In this document: positions 9,613 to 19,672 of the stretch, piece after piece | Position numbering within the stretch: position 1 is the stretch's first letter | How the letters are laid out: each line of letters opens with the position of its first letter | DNA from: a virus | Taxonomy: Duplodnaviria; Heunggongvirae; Uroviricota; Caudoviricetes | IMG/VR virus record: IMGVR_UViG_2029527006_000005 | Reading direction: 5' to 3' (one strand) | DNA: 64,000 nucleotides | Program-made: the position numbers and the translations under genes | Notes under the pieces: model-generated | Told to the model about the DNA's origin: nothing | Databases searched by the model: none | The model's input: the letters and a program-made list of their open reading frames with translations, nothing else

Positions 9613-12600
9613 ATGGCTAATGAATTTAAATTCCAGCCCACACAAGTAGCTGATGCTGTTAATAAAAAATTGTTCATAAAAAGATTGCCAGAATGGATGC
9701 AAGGATTGGAACAGATCCAAACTTTTTGTGATGATATTATTCAACAGTGGTTTAATCCTGCTGAACAAGAAATCGTAGATGGCTACATTGGTGATAGTAG
9801 TTCACCTGCGGCTTCCGGTAAGATTTTCATTAAAGAATTAACAGAACAAAGACAAGCATATCAACTTAGTCCTGCGTATGTATCTCGTAATGAAGATTTA
9901 AGCATTCGTAGTCTACAGTTTTACGAAGATCTAGTTGGGTATCTAGACCATTACGGCTGTCTAGCTGATAACCAAGATCGTTTGTTCAATGGTAAGTTCT
10001 ATTCATGGACTCCACCTATTAACCCGAACAAACTAATCAACTTCAGTACTTATCTTTGGGATACACAAAACGAATATGGTATTGCACCGGACTATGTTGT
10101 TATGGAGCGTAACGCACTTAACGGCAATACTTGGTCATTGCAAAACTTCTGGTACACAGTTGGTCAAACACTAGCTGATGGTACTATTTTAACTGATGAA
10201 ATGGCACAGAGTTCACGTTTTGCACGTGCACAGGTTCCAATCATTGAATATAACAAAAACATTGAACTATTAAACTACGGTACAAAATTCCGTGGTGTGG
10301 TTAATTATCTTTCTGATACATTAAAGCCAGAAGATATTGTTAACAAAAACCAATCAGACGGTATTCGTGTTGATGGTTTCGTATTAAAAGCTGGTGACCG
10401 AGTGCTATTCACTAGTATTGGTAACCCCGGCGAAAATAACCGTATCTATAAAGTTTATATTAAGCAAATGGAAAACGGTTCTCGTGTATATGGTCTAGTA
10501 CTAGACGAAGACGAAGAAACTCCAGATCGTCCAAGTGGTGAGCCACATGTGGGTGATGTAGTACTAATCAAATCTGGTACAGTGTATGGTAACACTGCGA
10601 TGTACTGGAACGGTACTATGTGGACTCGTGCACAAGCTAAACCTAGTGTTAACACTTTCCCATTATTCCAACTATACGACCGTAATGGCATTAAATTGAG
10701 TGATGGACAGATCTATCCAAGTTCTAACTTCCAAGGTTCTTCACTATTTGGATTAAAAGTTAACTTCGATTATAATTTTAATAGCATTTATGGAACCAAC
10801 GTTGAGTTAAGTTCATATAACTATTTTGTATTTGAAAACTTCCTTCAGAGTATTCGTTACGAGTTTGATAAACTTGGCGTTGTCACTGAGATTCCGGGTT
10901 TGTATTATTACAACGTAATTGACGAAGTGAATAATGAGTTTACCAATAACCTCAAAACGGATTGGGTTCGTTCGCCTGAATTTTCTAAACAGTTCGTATT
11001 CCAAGTACCGGAAGTTACAAAAACTGCGATGTACCGTGTATTTGATACTGTACAGGAAATGGAAAACTTTGATTCTCCTATCGAAGATATGTTTGCATAT
11101 GTTCGTGAAGTTGACAGTACTTATCGCTATTATAAAGCTGAGAACAGTACTTTCATGGATTGGCACAGAACTCTAGAGCAAGCTGTTTCTTATGATGTGT
11201 ATAATCACAAGTATGAAGTAGCCCAAAAGATTGATCCAAATAATACTGATGAAAGTATTGAAATTAATATCGATGGTATTAAGATTGAAAACTACACAGT
11301 AGAGCTAAACACATCTGGATTGATTGATTTCGTTAATATTGACAGTACTGTGAATATCACAGAGGATTCTGTTGTTTGTATTCGTACATACAGCAAAGAG
11401 AAAGTACCAAATTTCGATCTAGGTGCTTATGAAATTCCTATTAACTTACAAAATAACCCATATAACGAATTTGTTAAGTACATCCATCAGGGTGATTATA
11501 CTCCACATTTCCGTGAAATTGTCCAAAAGAACATTACTCGTGGTACAGTTGATGATTTCAACAACTACGAAGAACGTTTAGAAGCTGGTTTGGTAGACAA
11601 CTCTGTTGGTACTCATATTATTCAGAACGAAGCATCAATGCTTCCACTAATGCTAGATACTGCTAACGAAGACATTGATCTATTTGAAGCATTCATGTTC
11701 TTGCAGTCTGAATACTTCCGTTTCTTAAACAAATTTAACACCCAAATGGTTAATCTATATAATGATGACAAATCCGGGTTCATGGCTAATAGTGCATCGA
11801 ACATCGTGAATGCAATCTTTGATGTAATTAACGTTGGTAAAAATAATACTTTCCCATTCTATTTGGATGGTGTTGGTAGTAGTGCTGGTACTAACCGTAC
11901 CTTTATTCCACCTACTCCACAGTTCATGGGTATCCTAAAAGCGTTTACCCCACAAAAAGCTACGTATATGTACGCTGGTAATGAACTTGGTTGCTATAAT
12001 GTGAGCCACACTGGTATTATTTCTAAAGCATATAAAGTTATCAATGGAATTGATAAAATGGATGATGTTATCTATGAACTTGAAAATCGTATTTTCAATA
12101 GTATTGATAATTCATTCAAAGTTGTAGATTATCTACCACCAATGGATGCTAGTGATATTTTCCCTACTCCATTTAACCCAAGTACTGATTATAATGCAAC
12201 AGAGTACAACACTCTTTTACTACGTGGTTATATTAACTTCATTGCAACCAATGGAATTAGTAATAGTACCCACGAATATGATCCTGCTAACTGGATGACT
12301 TGGAATTACACTGGTACAACTTATGTAATTGATGGTCAACCTACTAATTACCCTGCACGTGGTTCATGGCGTGGAATTTATACCGACATGTTTGGTACAT
12401 ATCGTCCTGCTACTCATCCGTGGGAAATGTTTGGCTTTGGTCAACGTCCTACATGGTGGAACCAAGAGTACGAACCAACAACAGTTCGTATTGGTGAAGG
12501 TGCAACTGATTTCATTACTGTTTATACTGCTGAAGTATATGATGAGAACGGTCAATTAGTACCAAGTGGCCTATGGGATGTTGGTTCACTTAAAGGTGAT

Positions 12601-15600
12601 GCGAGTACTGGTACAATCCTATTCGGAAGTCGTGCTGGTCAGTATAACAAGTACAAACGTTGTGGTAAACAACCGTTTAAACTAACTGTCAGTGGTACTA
12701 CTAGTGGTGGTGAAGACATTTATACATTTGAATTACTTTCCCCTGAAACATTGGGCGTTTTAAGTGGTTCATTAAACCATCGTGCAGAACCTTGGGCTTA
12801 TGGTGACATGGGTGACATGGAATTTACTTACATGAACACTGGTATGTTCCCTTACGATCAAGCACTATTGCTATACCGTGCAAAACCAGCACAGTTTGCG
12901 AACTATTTCTATGACACTCGTGGTAGTACTCTTAAGAAAGTACTAACTGATGACTATCAATTCCTATATGGTGATACTAATCATCGTTTAAACTTCAACA
13001 GTACAACACTAGTTAATGGTGAGAATAATAACCGTGTTATTGGTTACCAAATGGCTATTACTGATTACCTATTGTACCAAAACAAAAACGTAACAACCAA
13101 ATATGGTGATGTATTACGTTCATCTAACATCAACATTGGTCATAAACTTGGTGGTTTCACCAAACAAGATCAACTTAGTTTCTATTCTGAGTCTTTCGGT
13201 CTAATTAGTACTGAAAGTCAACACATCGGTTTAGTTAAAAGCTCTGCTATTCGCAATGAAGTGCTAAGTGCAGTAAAAATCACTTGGACCGGAAGTGCGT
13301 ATCAGATTGATGGTTATGATTTAGTTGGTGCAAACTTTAAAGTTCTAGTTCCTAACAAGAATGGTAAGAAAGTAACTACACAAGTTGGTAATCGTGTTGT
13401 TGTAACGTACATGGATTACACTTCTAACACAAATGAAATCGAATATGGTACTACTTTTAACTCATTCCAAGATGTTTACTCATTCTTGTGTTCATATGGT
13501 AAGTACTTAGAAACTAAAGGCTGGATTTTCGAAGACCAGAACGACGATGGTGTTATCCTTGATTGGGATGAGATTGGTAAAGATTTCCTACTATGGAGTC
13601 AAGAATCTCTAGCACGTGGTGAGTACATTTCAGTATCTCCAAGTACTGCAAGTGCTAAATTCGGTTCAGAATTCGGTTCAGTACAATCTGTTACTCAATT
13701 CAACGGTGGTGTTTGGTCATTACTTGATGATGAGAACGCTGGTATTCGTCCATATGAGATTGAAACTACACGTTTAGGTAGCGTCTTTACCGTTCGTCTA
13801 GCAGATGATGTGGATAAGCGTATGGCGTTGATTCGTTTGAACCTAGTTTCATATGAACATGCTGTAGTGTTTGATGACGTAACTATTTTTGGTGATTCGA
13901 TCTATATTCCAGTATATGGTTCAGTACAAGAGTTAATTCGCATGTACGGTTATGTAACTGGTGGTTGGAATGGTCGTTTAGAAGCACCGGGCTTCATAGT
14001 ACTAGAAGCTGGTACATTACCAGACTTTGAAACCCTAGTAACTGATTTCCAACGCTACTATGATGTTGATGAACCAGTATCGAACGTAAGTCTTCGTGAT
14101 TTAGGTCGTCACTTGATTGGTTATCAGTCCAGAGAATATCTAATCCAAATGATTACGAGCGAACCAGCACGTGTAAACTTCTATAAAGGTTTTATTCGTG
14201 ATAAAGGTTCTAACCAAGTACTAGAACGTGTACTACGTGTATCAAAATCTTATAATACTGATGAATATAAAGCACTACAAGAGTGGGCTTTCAAGATTGG
14301 TGTATATGGTAACCTATATGGTACTAAATCACTACAATTCCGTCTAGTTAACAATGAATTTAAACAGCAACCGCAGTTAATTACGTTTGATGAGAACGCA
14401 ACTTCTAATGGTGATGGTAACAACATTGTGTACTTTGGTAAACAAGGTGCTGACGACCGTTGGGTAACACGTCCGAAAGGTCACTTTGCATTCCCGATGC
14501 GTTCTGGTAAGAGTGAGAACATCAATCTACCGGATATTGGTCCAGTAACACTTGATGAAGTGGACTATAGTACTCGTGATTTTGAAACAGCTTATGCAGA
14601 TCGTCTAGCTTATTATGCAAATAATGGTGAAGTACCTGATTCTGTGTGGATGTTCCACGACATGAACGACACTTGGAACATTTTCAACCTAAACAACACG
14701 AATGTTAAACTAACTAGTATTGTTGCGATTGAGAGTGATGATGGAATGCCAACTACTCACTGTAAGTTAGTACTAAGTGCTGCTCATGGTATGAGCAATG
14801 GTGATTATTTCTACTTCGTAGATGAAACAAACTACATGCCTGACCTATTAGCATCAGAAATGCAGTACTATAGTGCAGGAACAGCAGCAAACGAAATTAT
14901 TGTTCCAGTGAACATTGCAATTGATATGACATTCTCTGCACCGCAGCCAGTATTATATCGTTATGTGTCTCGCTTCGCAACTTCTTCTGCTAAAGATTCC
15001 TATATTAACAAAAAGTATAGTTATGCTGCACCGGAAACTAAACTTTTCGATAAAGCGACAACGTATAACTCTTTAACTAACGTTACTGAATTGTATATTA
15101 ACATTTATGACCCAATCAACGGTGTTCTACCGGGTCCAGCCATGACAAACGTAGGTTTCGTCGGTTCCCATGACCCAGCATTGTATAATAGCAATGGTGA
15201 AGAGGAAATGGCTTGGGGTACTGATAAAGTTGGTCAAGTTTGGTGGGATACCAGAGAAGCATATTTCTTAGATTACACCCGTCCTGTTTATGACACTGAT
15301 GGTAATGTTGATAATGAAGCTACTTTGGATTACAAACGTGTTAATTGGGGCAAATTACTACCACATTCAGAAATTAACATTTATGAGTGGGTTAGTTCTC
15401 CAGTTGAGCCTTATGATTGGGAAAGATATTGTGACGAACAATCTAAATTAAACAAAAATGAAAATTCTTATGTTCCAAGTGGAGAAGCATTAGAAGAAAA
15501 CTATAGTCAGTTCGTCGTGTACGATACTGCATCACAAACTTATGTGAATAGATATTTCTTCTGGGTGAAGAATAGCATTTATGTACCACAAGTTAAGAAT

Positions 15601-18600
15601 CGTGATAAATCATGTCAAGAAATTGCACGTATTATCAAGAATCCATTAACTTTAAGTACTCCTTGGTATTCTCCAATCTCTGAAACTTCATTTATCATGT
15701 CTGACATGCAATATGAAGTAACTGATGACAAGAGTATTCTAACTATTAACTACAAAGAAGATCACGACGATGTTATTAAACACGAACAGTATCAACTTTG
15801 TAAAGAAGGAGATAATTACAACTTCAACCCTGAGATTTGGAATTCACTTTGGAATTCACTAATTGGTCAAGAACCATTAGCGAACGGGAAAGTACAGGAA
15901 TTGCATTACCCAGAAACCGAATTAGGTTTAGGATCATCTAAAGTATGGTTTAAAGATATTATCGAAGCTCGTAGAACATTTGTTGACGCAGCTAACGAGG
16001 TATACAGCCATATTAACATCACAACCAATAGCGTTGTAATGAATGATGTGTTTAATGTTAAGACTACAGAAGTTAACCCTAATGAAGTTGGCTTTAAAGT
16101 ACTAACATATAACAATGAATTGGTTATTGCAACTAATGAAGATAAGTTCCTAGAGAACGATGCTGTATTAGTTAGCACAAATGGCACATTGCCATCACCA
16201 CTCTCAAGTACAAGTGTGTATTTCGTACACTTTGATGAAAACGGTTATATTCATCTAATGAACAACCCAAGTACATCTGGTTCAGCGATTACTATTACCT
16301 TGGAAAACAGAGGTGAAGGTCAACATAGTATGATTAAGCAAACTGATTATATTGAATCACTAGGAACTTCCCTAGACATGACTCAGTACTGGTCATTAGC
16401 TGATTGGTATGATGTTGGCTATGATGAAAATACTGAATATACTTCAGAAATTTCTCTAACTGTAGCTGATACGAAGAATTACCAAGTTGGTGATATTATT
16501 CGTGTAACTGATGCAGATGGTGTTTGGACATTGTACCGCCGTGATAGCTCACGTAACCTATTAATTTGGACAGCGATTGGTCGTCAGAACAGTACTGTTA
16601 AATTAAACAATCAATTGTATAACAACTACTCTCAATATAACGAAGATGGTTCTTTATCTAACGTTGAAATAAACGTTCGCAAAGCCCTAGCCTTGTTTAA
16701 GAATTCATTTGATGGATATCAGAGTCAGATTGTTTTCGATATGGTTAAGTATGTTCACGTTGAGCAAACTGTTGTTGATTGGGTATTCAAAACATCTTAC
16801 ATCTACATTGTAGGTTTGGATCAGTCTCTTAAACAGAACTATTCAAACAGTGAAGATTTAATTGGACAAATCGTGGCGTACTTTGAAGAAGTTAAACCAT
16901 ACAGAACTAAGATTCGTTCTCAAATTGAACAGAAAACATCTGACAGTGATGAAATCAATGGTATCATGAATGATTTAGATCCTAACGGATATATCTATCG
17001 TGATGGTAAATGGGTTAAAACTCAAGCTGACATTTGGGATTATGAGTATGCACAATTTAACACTACCACTAACAAGTGGGAAATTCATGGTTCTCTACCT
17101 GCTGACTTCGAGTTACCAAATAGACGTTTCCAAGAAATTGATGTTATTATGCATTACGATAATGTTCAATGTAAACCTGATGAAAATATGCCAGATGCAT
17201 TAGAATTAGAAACAGCAAATAACGCATACCAAAGTAATGAACAAGACTTTTTAAGTAAAGGGAGTCATTACAAACTTCAACGCTATACATATACAGTTCC
17301 AGTTGCAAACCAACTAGATATTGAAAATGCTATCAGTACTGAATTAGTCAAAACCTATCCTACGTTCAACATGGGAAGTGGTCTAGATGTTGGTCTACGT
17401 GAAATGTACAATACTCTAATGAACGATGCCGCTGCTTCTAACCAATTTACGGCTGATGTAATTACTGCGACAAACAAAGTTCTAGCAAGTGATGAATCCG
17501 TTGATGTTATGCAGAAGTACAGAATGTACAACACTCTTTCTAACCGCTTGAGAGTTTACACTAATTACGACATTGATTCAATCGAAGAACAAGTTGGTTG
17601 TCCATTTAAAGGCATTTCAATCGATGATAACCCAAATACTCGCCTACCGTTAGGTTTTGCGGCAAGTAATGGAGAAAACTTTGGTTATGTAATGCACTCG
17701 GTGGAACTATTCAATAAGTTTATGGCTATGGCTAAAGAAGCTCATCCAGAATATACACATGATGAATTGTATTACTATCTAGAATATGAATACGGTTTAT
17801 ACTGCTGGCAGGTTATGACCTCACCAGATGAAGATGGGAATGTTTCTGATGATTTCTATCGCGACACGGTTCAAGTACTAACAGCGATGAGAAGTACTTA
17901 CTATAAAGATGACCTCGATCATTATGCGTTTGCAGAAGCAATTCTAAACAACCATGATGTTGATGCATACTGTATGGTAATGATTCCACGTAAAATGGTA
18001 TTTGTTCGCAATGAAGCGAATGAATATCTAGATGTGCCGTTTGACCAAAGTCTCGAAGACTTCATGGAAGAACAGTTCATTAGTGAAGGTAATAACGTAT
18101 TCTTAGCTGAAGTTAACCTTAATGATTTACCGATGGATCAAAACAATCCATTGTACTCTGATTATCAAAAAATCATGACTGCATATAACGACAGAGAATA
18201 TTATGATGATATGAATTCTTTCGATAACCTTGCATTTGAATCTCAAACAAAACGTGTAGAACGAATTGCAAAAGATTTAGTGAATGCAACGCAAGATTCT
18301 TACTTCATGGACATTTCGGAGTTAAACCCGAATAAACAAAATATGTCTCAGTTACGTTTTACTATTGATGGTTATTCATATGATGAAGATAACATGCCGC
18401 AGTTGAAAAACCAAGGCAACTTCCAAGTTGAAGGTTATGTTACTCTAAACCCATATAATAAATCTGAAGTACTAGTGAGTATTCCTAGATACGAAGAAGC
18501 AATTGCCTTAATGGATAGAACTAACATGTATCATGACGAAATCAAGTACTCCAACCACGTTTATGACATTACTAACATCAATGGTGTTGTTCGTCTAGGA

Positions 18601-19638
18601 AGTGGACATGGCTTAAAAGTTGGTGATAGTGTTGCAGTCTTTACCCCAGATGGTGATGATTATGCAGCTAACGCAGTTGATGGTACATTCGTTACTATTC
18701 TAACCTCTGCATCTATTCGTACTGGTAACAGACCACGAATCTTTAAAGTAGGGGCAGTTAATGGCGATGTGGTAACTATCACCGGATTGGTGTTTAGCAA
18801 TACTTATACGCATTCAAGCGATAGATGGTTACGTGGTGCTCCATACACCAGTGTCAATATCGTGCGTGTAACGTCCTTCACGGACTCCAGTTTTGCGACC
18901 TCATCCCACGTCAAATATGCTGCTGATCGCTCTTATGCGGTCGATGCGATGGATTATGACGTGTTCTATGATGTTATGTTGGAAGGTGGAAGCTATACTG
19001 ATAATCTTCCAAAAGATGATTATGATGTGTGGTATGTTTCTAACGAAATCTTTGATGAAAATGGTGTAGAAGTTGATCACGGATATTATCAACCGATTTA
19101 CGGACAAGGTGTTCTTAGTGAGCTAGTTCGTTCTAAACTTGATGATTCACTTCAAATCTATGTTTATGAATATAATACCAGTACCATCAAACCAGTACTT
19201 GTACCTGAAACGGAAACGTCAGATGCATATTGGACATACGCTTTAACAGTGGTTGATGGGGTTTACATTCAAACAAACAGTAGATGTACTGTTGTCCTAA
19301 ACGATAGTGTTGAGAACATCACGTATGTTTCTAAACCTACCGCAGTTGGTCAAGTTACCGTAAATGGTTCTGTTGTTAGTGGTGTTTCTGCTAGTAAAGA
19401 CGATGTAATTGAAATGAATTCTCAGCTAATGCTAATGCGTTCAAATGGTCATGCACTATTTGGATACAAAGGAAGTGCAGAGAACTATTATCCTACTCCG
19501 TTTAGTGATAGTGGTTTGAATTTAGGAAAAGAAAGTAAAATGGATATGTATGCAAATAACTATCCGGTTATACCGTTGAGTACTTATACTTCTTCTCTAC
19601 AAATTCCGGGAACAATTCTAGCAACGTTGCTTAAATGA
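9613..19638 (+). CDS. Giant (3341 aa) virion structural protein, probably baseplate wedge (gp7-position)
   Basis: Uninterrupted 10-kb ORF after gp6, with a late promoter and GGAG RBS. Y/W/N/D-rich; no enzymatic motif recognised. Confidence 0.6.
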   Translation: MANEFKFQPTQVADAVNKKLFIKRLPEWMQGLEQIQTFCDDIIQQWFNPAEQEIVDGYIGDSSSPAASGKIFIKELTEQRQAYQLSPAYVSRNEDLSIRSLQFYEDLVGYLDHYGCLADNQDRLFNGKFYSWTPPINPNKLINFSTYLWDTQNEYGIAPDYVVMERNALNGNTWSLQNFWYTVGQTLADGTILTDEMAQSSRFARAQVPIIEYNKNIELLNYGTKFRGVVNYLSDTLKPEDIVNKNQSDGIRVDGFVLKAGDRVLFTSIGNPGENNRIYKVYIKQMENGSRVYGLVLDEDEETPDRPSGEPHVGDVVLIKSGTVYGNTAMYWNGTMWTRAQAKPSVNTFPLFQLYDRNGIKLSDGQIYPSSNFQGSSLFGLKVNFDYNFNSIYGTNVELSSYNYFVFENFLQSIRYEFDKLGVVTEIPGLYYYNVIDEVNNEFTNNLKTDWVRSPEFSKQFVFQVPEVTKTAMYRVFDTVQEMENFDSPIEDMFAYVREVDSTYRYYKAENSTFMDWHRTLEQAVSYDVYNHKYEVAQKIDPNNTDESIEINIDGIKIENYTVELNTSGLIDFVNIDSTVNITEDSVVCIRTYSKEKVPNFDLGAYEIPINLQNNPYNEFVKYIHQGDYTPHFREIVQKNITRGTVDDFNNYEERLEAGLVDNSVGTHIIQNEASMLPLMLDTANEDIDLFEAFMFLQSEYFRFLNKFNTQMVNLYNDDKSGFMANSASNIVNAIFDVINVGKNNTFPFYLDGVGSSAGTNRTFIPPTPQFMGILKAFTPQKATYMYAGNELGCYNVSHTGIISKAYKVINGIDKMDDVIYELENRIFNSIDNSFKVVDYLPPMDASDIFPTPFNPSTDYNATEYNTLLLRGYINFIATNGISNSTHEYDPANWMTWNYTGTTYVIDGQPTNYPARGSWRGIYTDMFGTYRPATHPWEMFGFGQRPTWWNQEYEPTTVRIGEGATDFITVYTAEVYDENGQLVPSGLWDVGSLKGDASTGTILFGSRAGQYNKYKRCGKQPFKLTVSGTTSGGEDIYTFELLSPETLGVLSGSLNHRAEPWAYGDMGDMEFTYMNTGMFPYDQALLLYRAKPAQFANYFYDTRGSTLKKVLTDDYQFLYGDTNHRLNFNSTTLVNGENNNRVIGYQMAITDYLLYQNKNVTTKYGDVLRSSNINIGHKLGGFTKQDQLSFYSESFGLISTESQHIGLVKSSAIRNEVLSAVKITWTGSAYQIDGYDLVGANFKVLVPNKNGKKVTTQVGNRVVVTYMDYTSNTNEIEYGTTFNSFQDVYSFLCSYGKYLETKGWIFEDQNDDGVILDWDEIGKDFLLWSQESLARGEYISVSPSTASAKFGSEFGSVQSVTQFNGGVWSLLDDENAGIRPYEIETTRLGSVFTVRLADDVDKRMALIRLNLVSYEHAVVFDDVTIFGDSIYIPVYGSVQELIRMYGYVTGGWNGRLEAPGFIVLEAGTLPDFETLVTDFQRYYDVDEPVSNVSLRDLGRHLIGYQSREYLIQMITSEPARVNFYKGFIRDKGSNQVLERVLRVSKSYNTDEYKALQEWAFKIGVYGNLYGTKSLQFRLVNNEFKQQPQLITFDENATSNGDGNNIVYFGKQGADDRWVTRPKGHFAFPMRSGKSENINLPDIGPVTLDEVDYSTRDFETAYADRLAYYANNGEVPDSVWMFHDMNDTWNIFNLNNTNVKLTSIVAIESDDGMPTTHCKLVLSAAHGMSNGDYFYFVDETNYMPDLLASEMQYYSAGTAANEIIVPVNIAIDMTFSAPQPVLYRYVSRFATSSAKDSYINKKYSYAAPETKLFDKATTYNSLTNVTELYINIYDPINGVLPGPAMTNVGFVGSHDPALYNSNGEEEMAWGTDKVGQVWWDTREAYFLDYTRPVYDTDGNVDNEATLDYKRVNWGKLLPHSEINIYEWVSSPVEPYDWERYCDEQSKLNKNENSYVPSGEALEENYSQFVVYDTASQTYVNRYFFWVKNSIYVPQVKNRDKSCQEIARIIKNPLTLSTPWYSPISETSFIMSDMQYEVTDDKSILTINYKEDHDDVIKHEQYQLCKEGDNYNFNPEIWNSLWNSLIGQEPLANGKVQELHYPETELGLGSSKVWFKDIIEARRTFVDAANEVYSHINITTNSVVMNDVFNVKTTEVNPNEVGFKVLTYNNELVIATNEDKFLENDAVLVSTNGTLPSPLSSTSVYFVHFDENGYIHLMNNPSTSGSAITITLENRGEGQHSMIKQTDYIESLGTSLDMTQYWSLADWYDVGYDENTEYTSEISLTVADTKNYQVGDIIRVTDADGVWTLYRRDSSRNLLIWTAIGRQNSTVKLNNQLYNNYSQYNEDGSLSNVEINVRKALALFKNSFDGYQSQIVFDMVKYVHVEQTVVDWVFKTSYIYIVGLDQSLKQNYSNSEDLIGQIVAYFEEVKPYRTKIRSQIEQKTSDSDEINGIMNDLDPNGYIYRDGKWVKTQADIWDYEYAQFNTTTNKWEIHGSLPADFELPNRRFQEIDVIMHYDNVQCKPDENMPDALELETANNAYQSNEQDFLSKGSHYKLQRYTYTVPVANQLDIENAISTELVKTYPTFNMGSGLDVGLREMYNTLMNDAAASNQFTADVITATNKVLASDESVDVMQKYRMYNTLSNRLRVYTNYDIDSIEEQVGCPFKGISIDDNPNTRLPLGFAASNGENFGYVMHSVELFNKFMAMAKEAHPEYTHDELYYYLEYEYGLYCWQVMTSPDEDGNVSDDFYRDTVQVLTAMRSTYYKDDLDHYAFAEAILNNHDVDAYCMVMIPRKMVFVRNEANEYLDVPFDQSLEDFMEEQFISEGNNVFLAEVNLNDLPMDQNNPLYSDYQKIMTAYNDREYYDDMNSFDNLAFESQTKRVERIAKDLVNATQDSYFMDISELNPNKQNMSQLRFTIDGYSYDEDNMPQLKNQGNFQVEGYVTLNPYNKSEVLVSIPRYEEAIALMDRTNMYHDEIKYSNHVYDITNINGVVRLGSGHGLKVGDSVAVFTPDGDDYAANAVDGTFVTILTSASIRTGNRPRIFKVGAVNGDVVTITGLVFSNTYTHSSDRWLRGAPYTSVNIVRVTSFTDSSFATSSHVKYAADRSYAVDAMDYDVFYDVMLEGGSYTDNLPKDDYDVWYVSNEIFDENGVEVDHGYYQPIYGQGVLSELVRSKLDDSLQIYVYEYNTSTIKPVLVPETETSDAYWTYALTVVDGVYIQTNSRCTVVLNDSVENITYVSKPTAVGQVTVNGSVVSGVSASKDDVIEMNSQLMLMRSNGHALFGYKGSAENYYPTPFSDSGLNLGKESKMDMYANNYPVIPLSTYTSSLQIPGTILATLLK

Positions 19639-19644
19639 TAAAAC

Positions 19645-19672
19645 AAAAAGGAGCCTTTCGGCTCCTTTTTTT
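19645..19672. terminator. Bidirectional terminator between convergent genes
   Basis: AAAAAGGAGCC-TTTC-GGCTCCTTTTTTT. The same stem-loop occurs at 37298-37328. Confidence 0.9.

Noticed and set aside
455-19107. Short (60-120 aa) alternative-frame ORFs nested in the large structural genes
   Set aside because: They are fully overlapped by well-supported genes, with atypical composition and no RBS.
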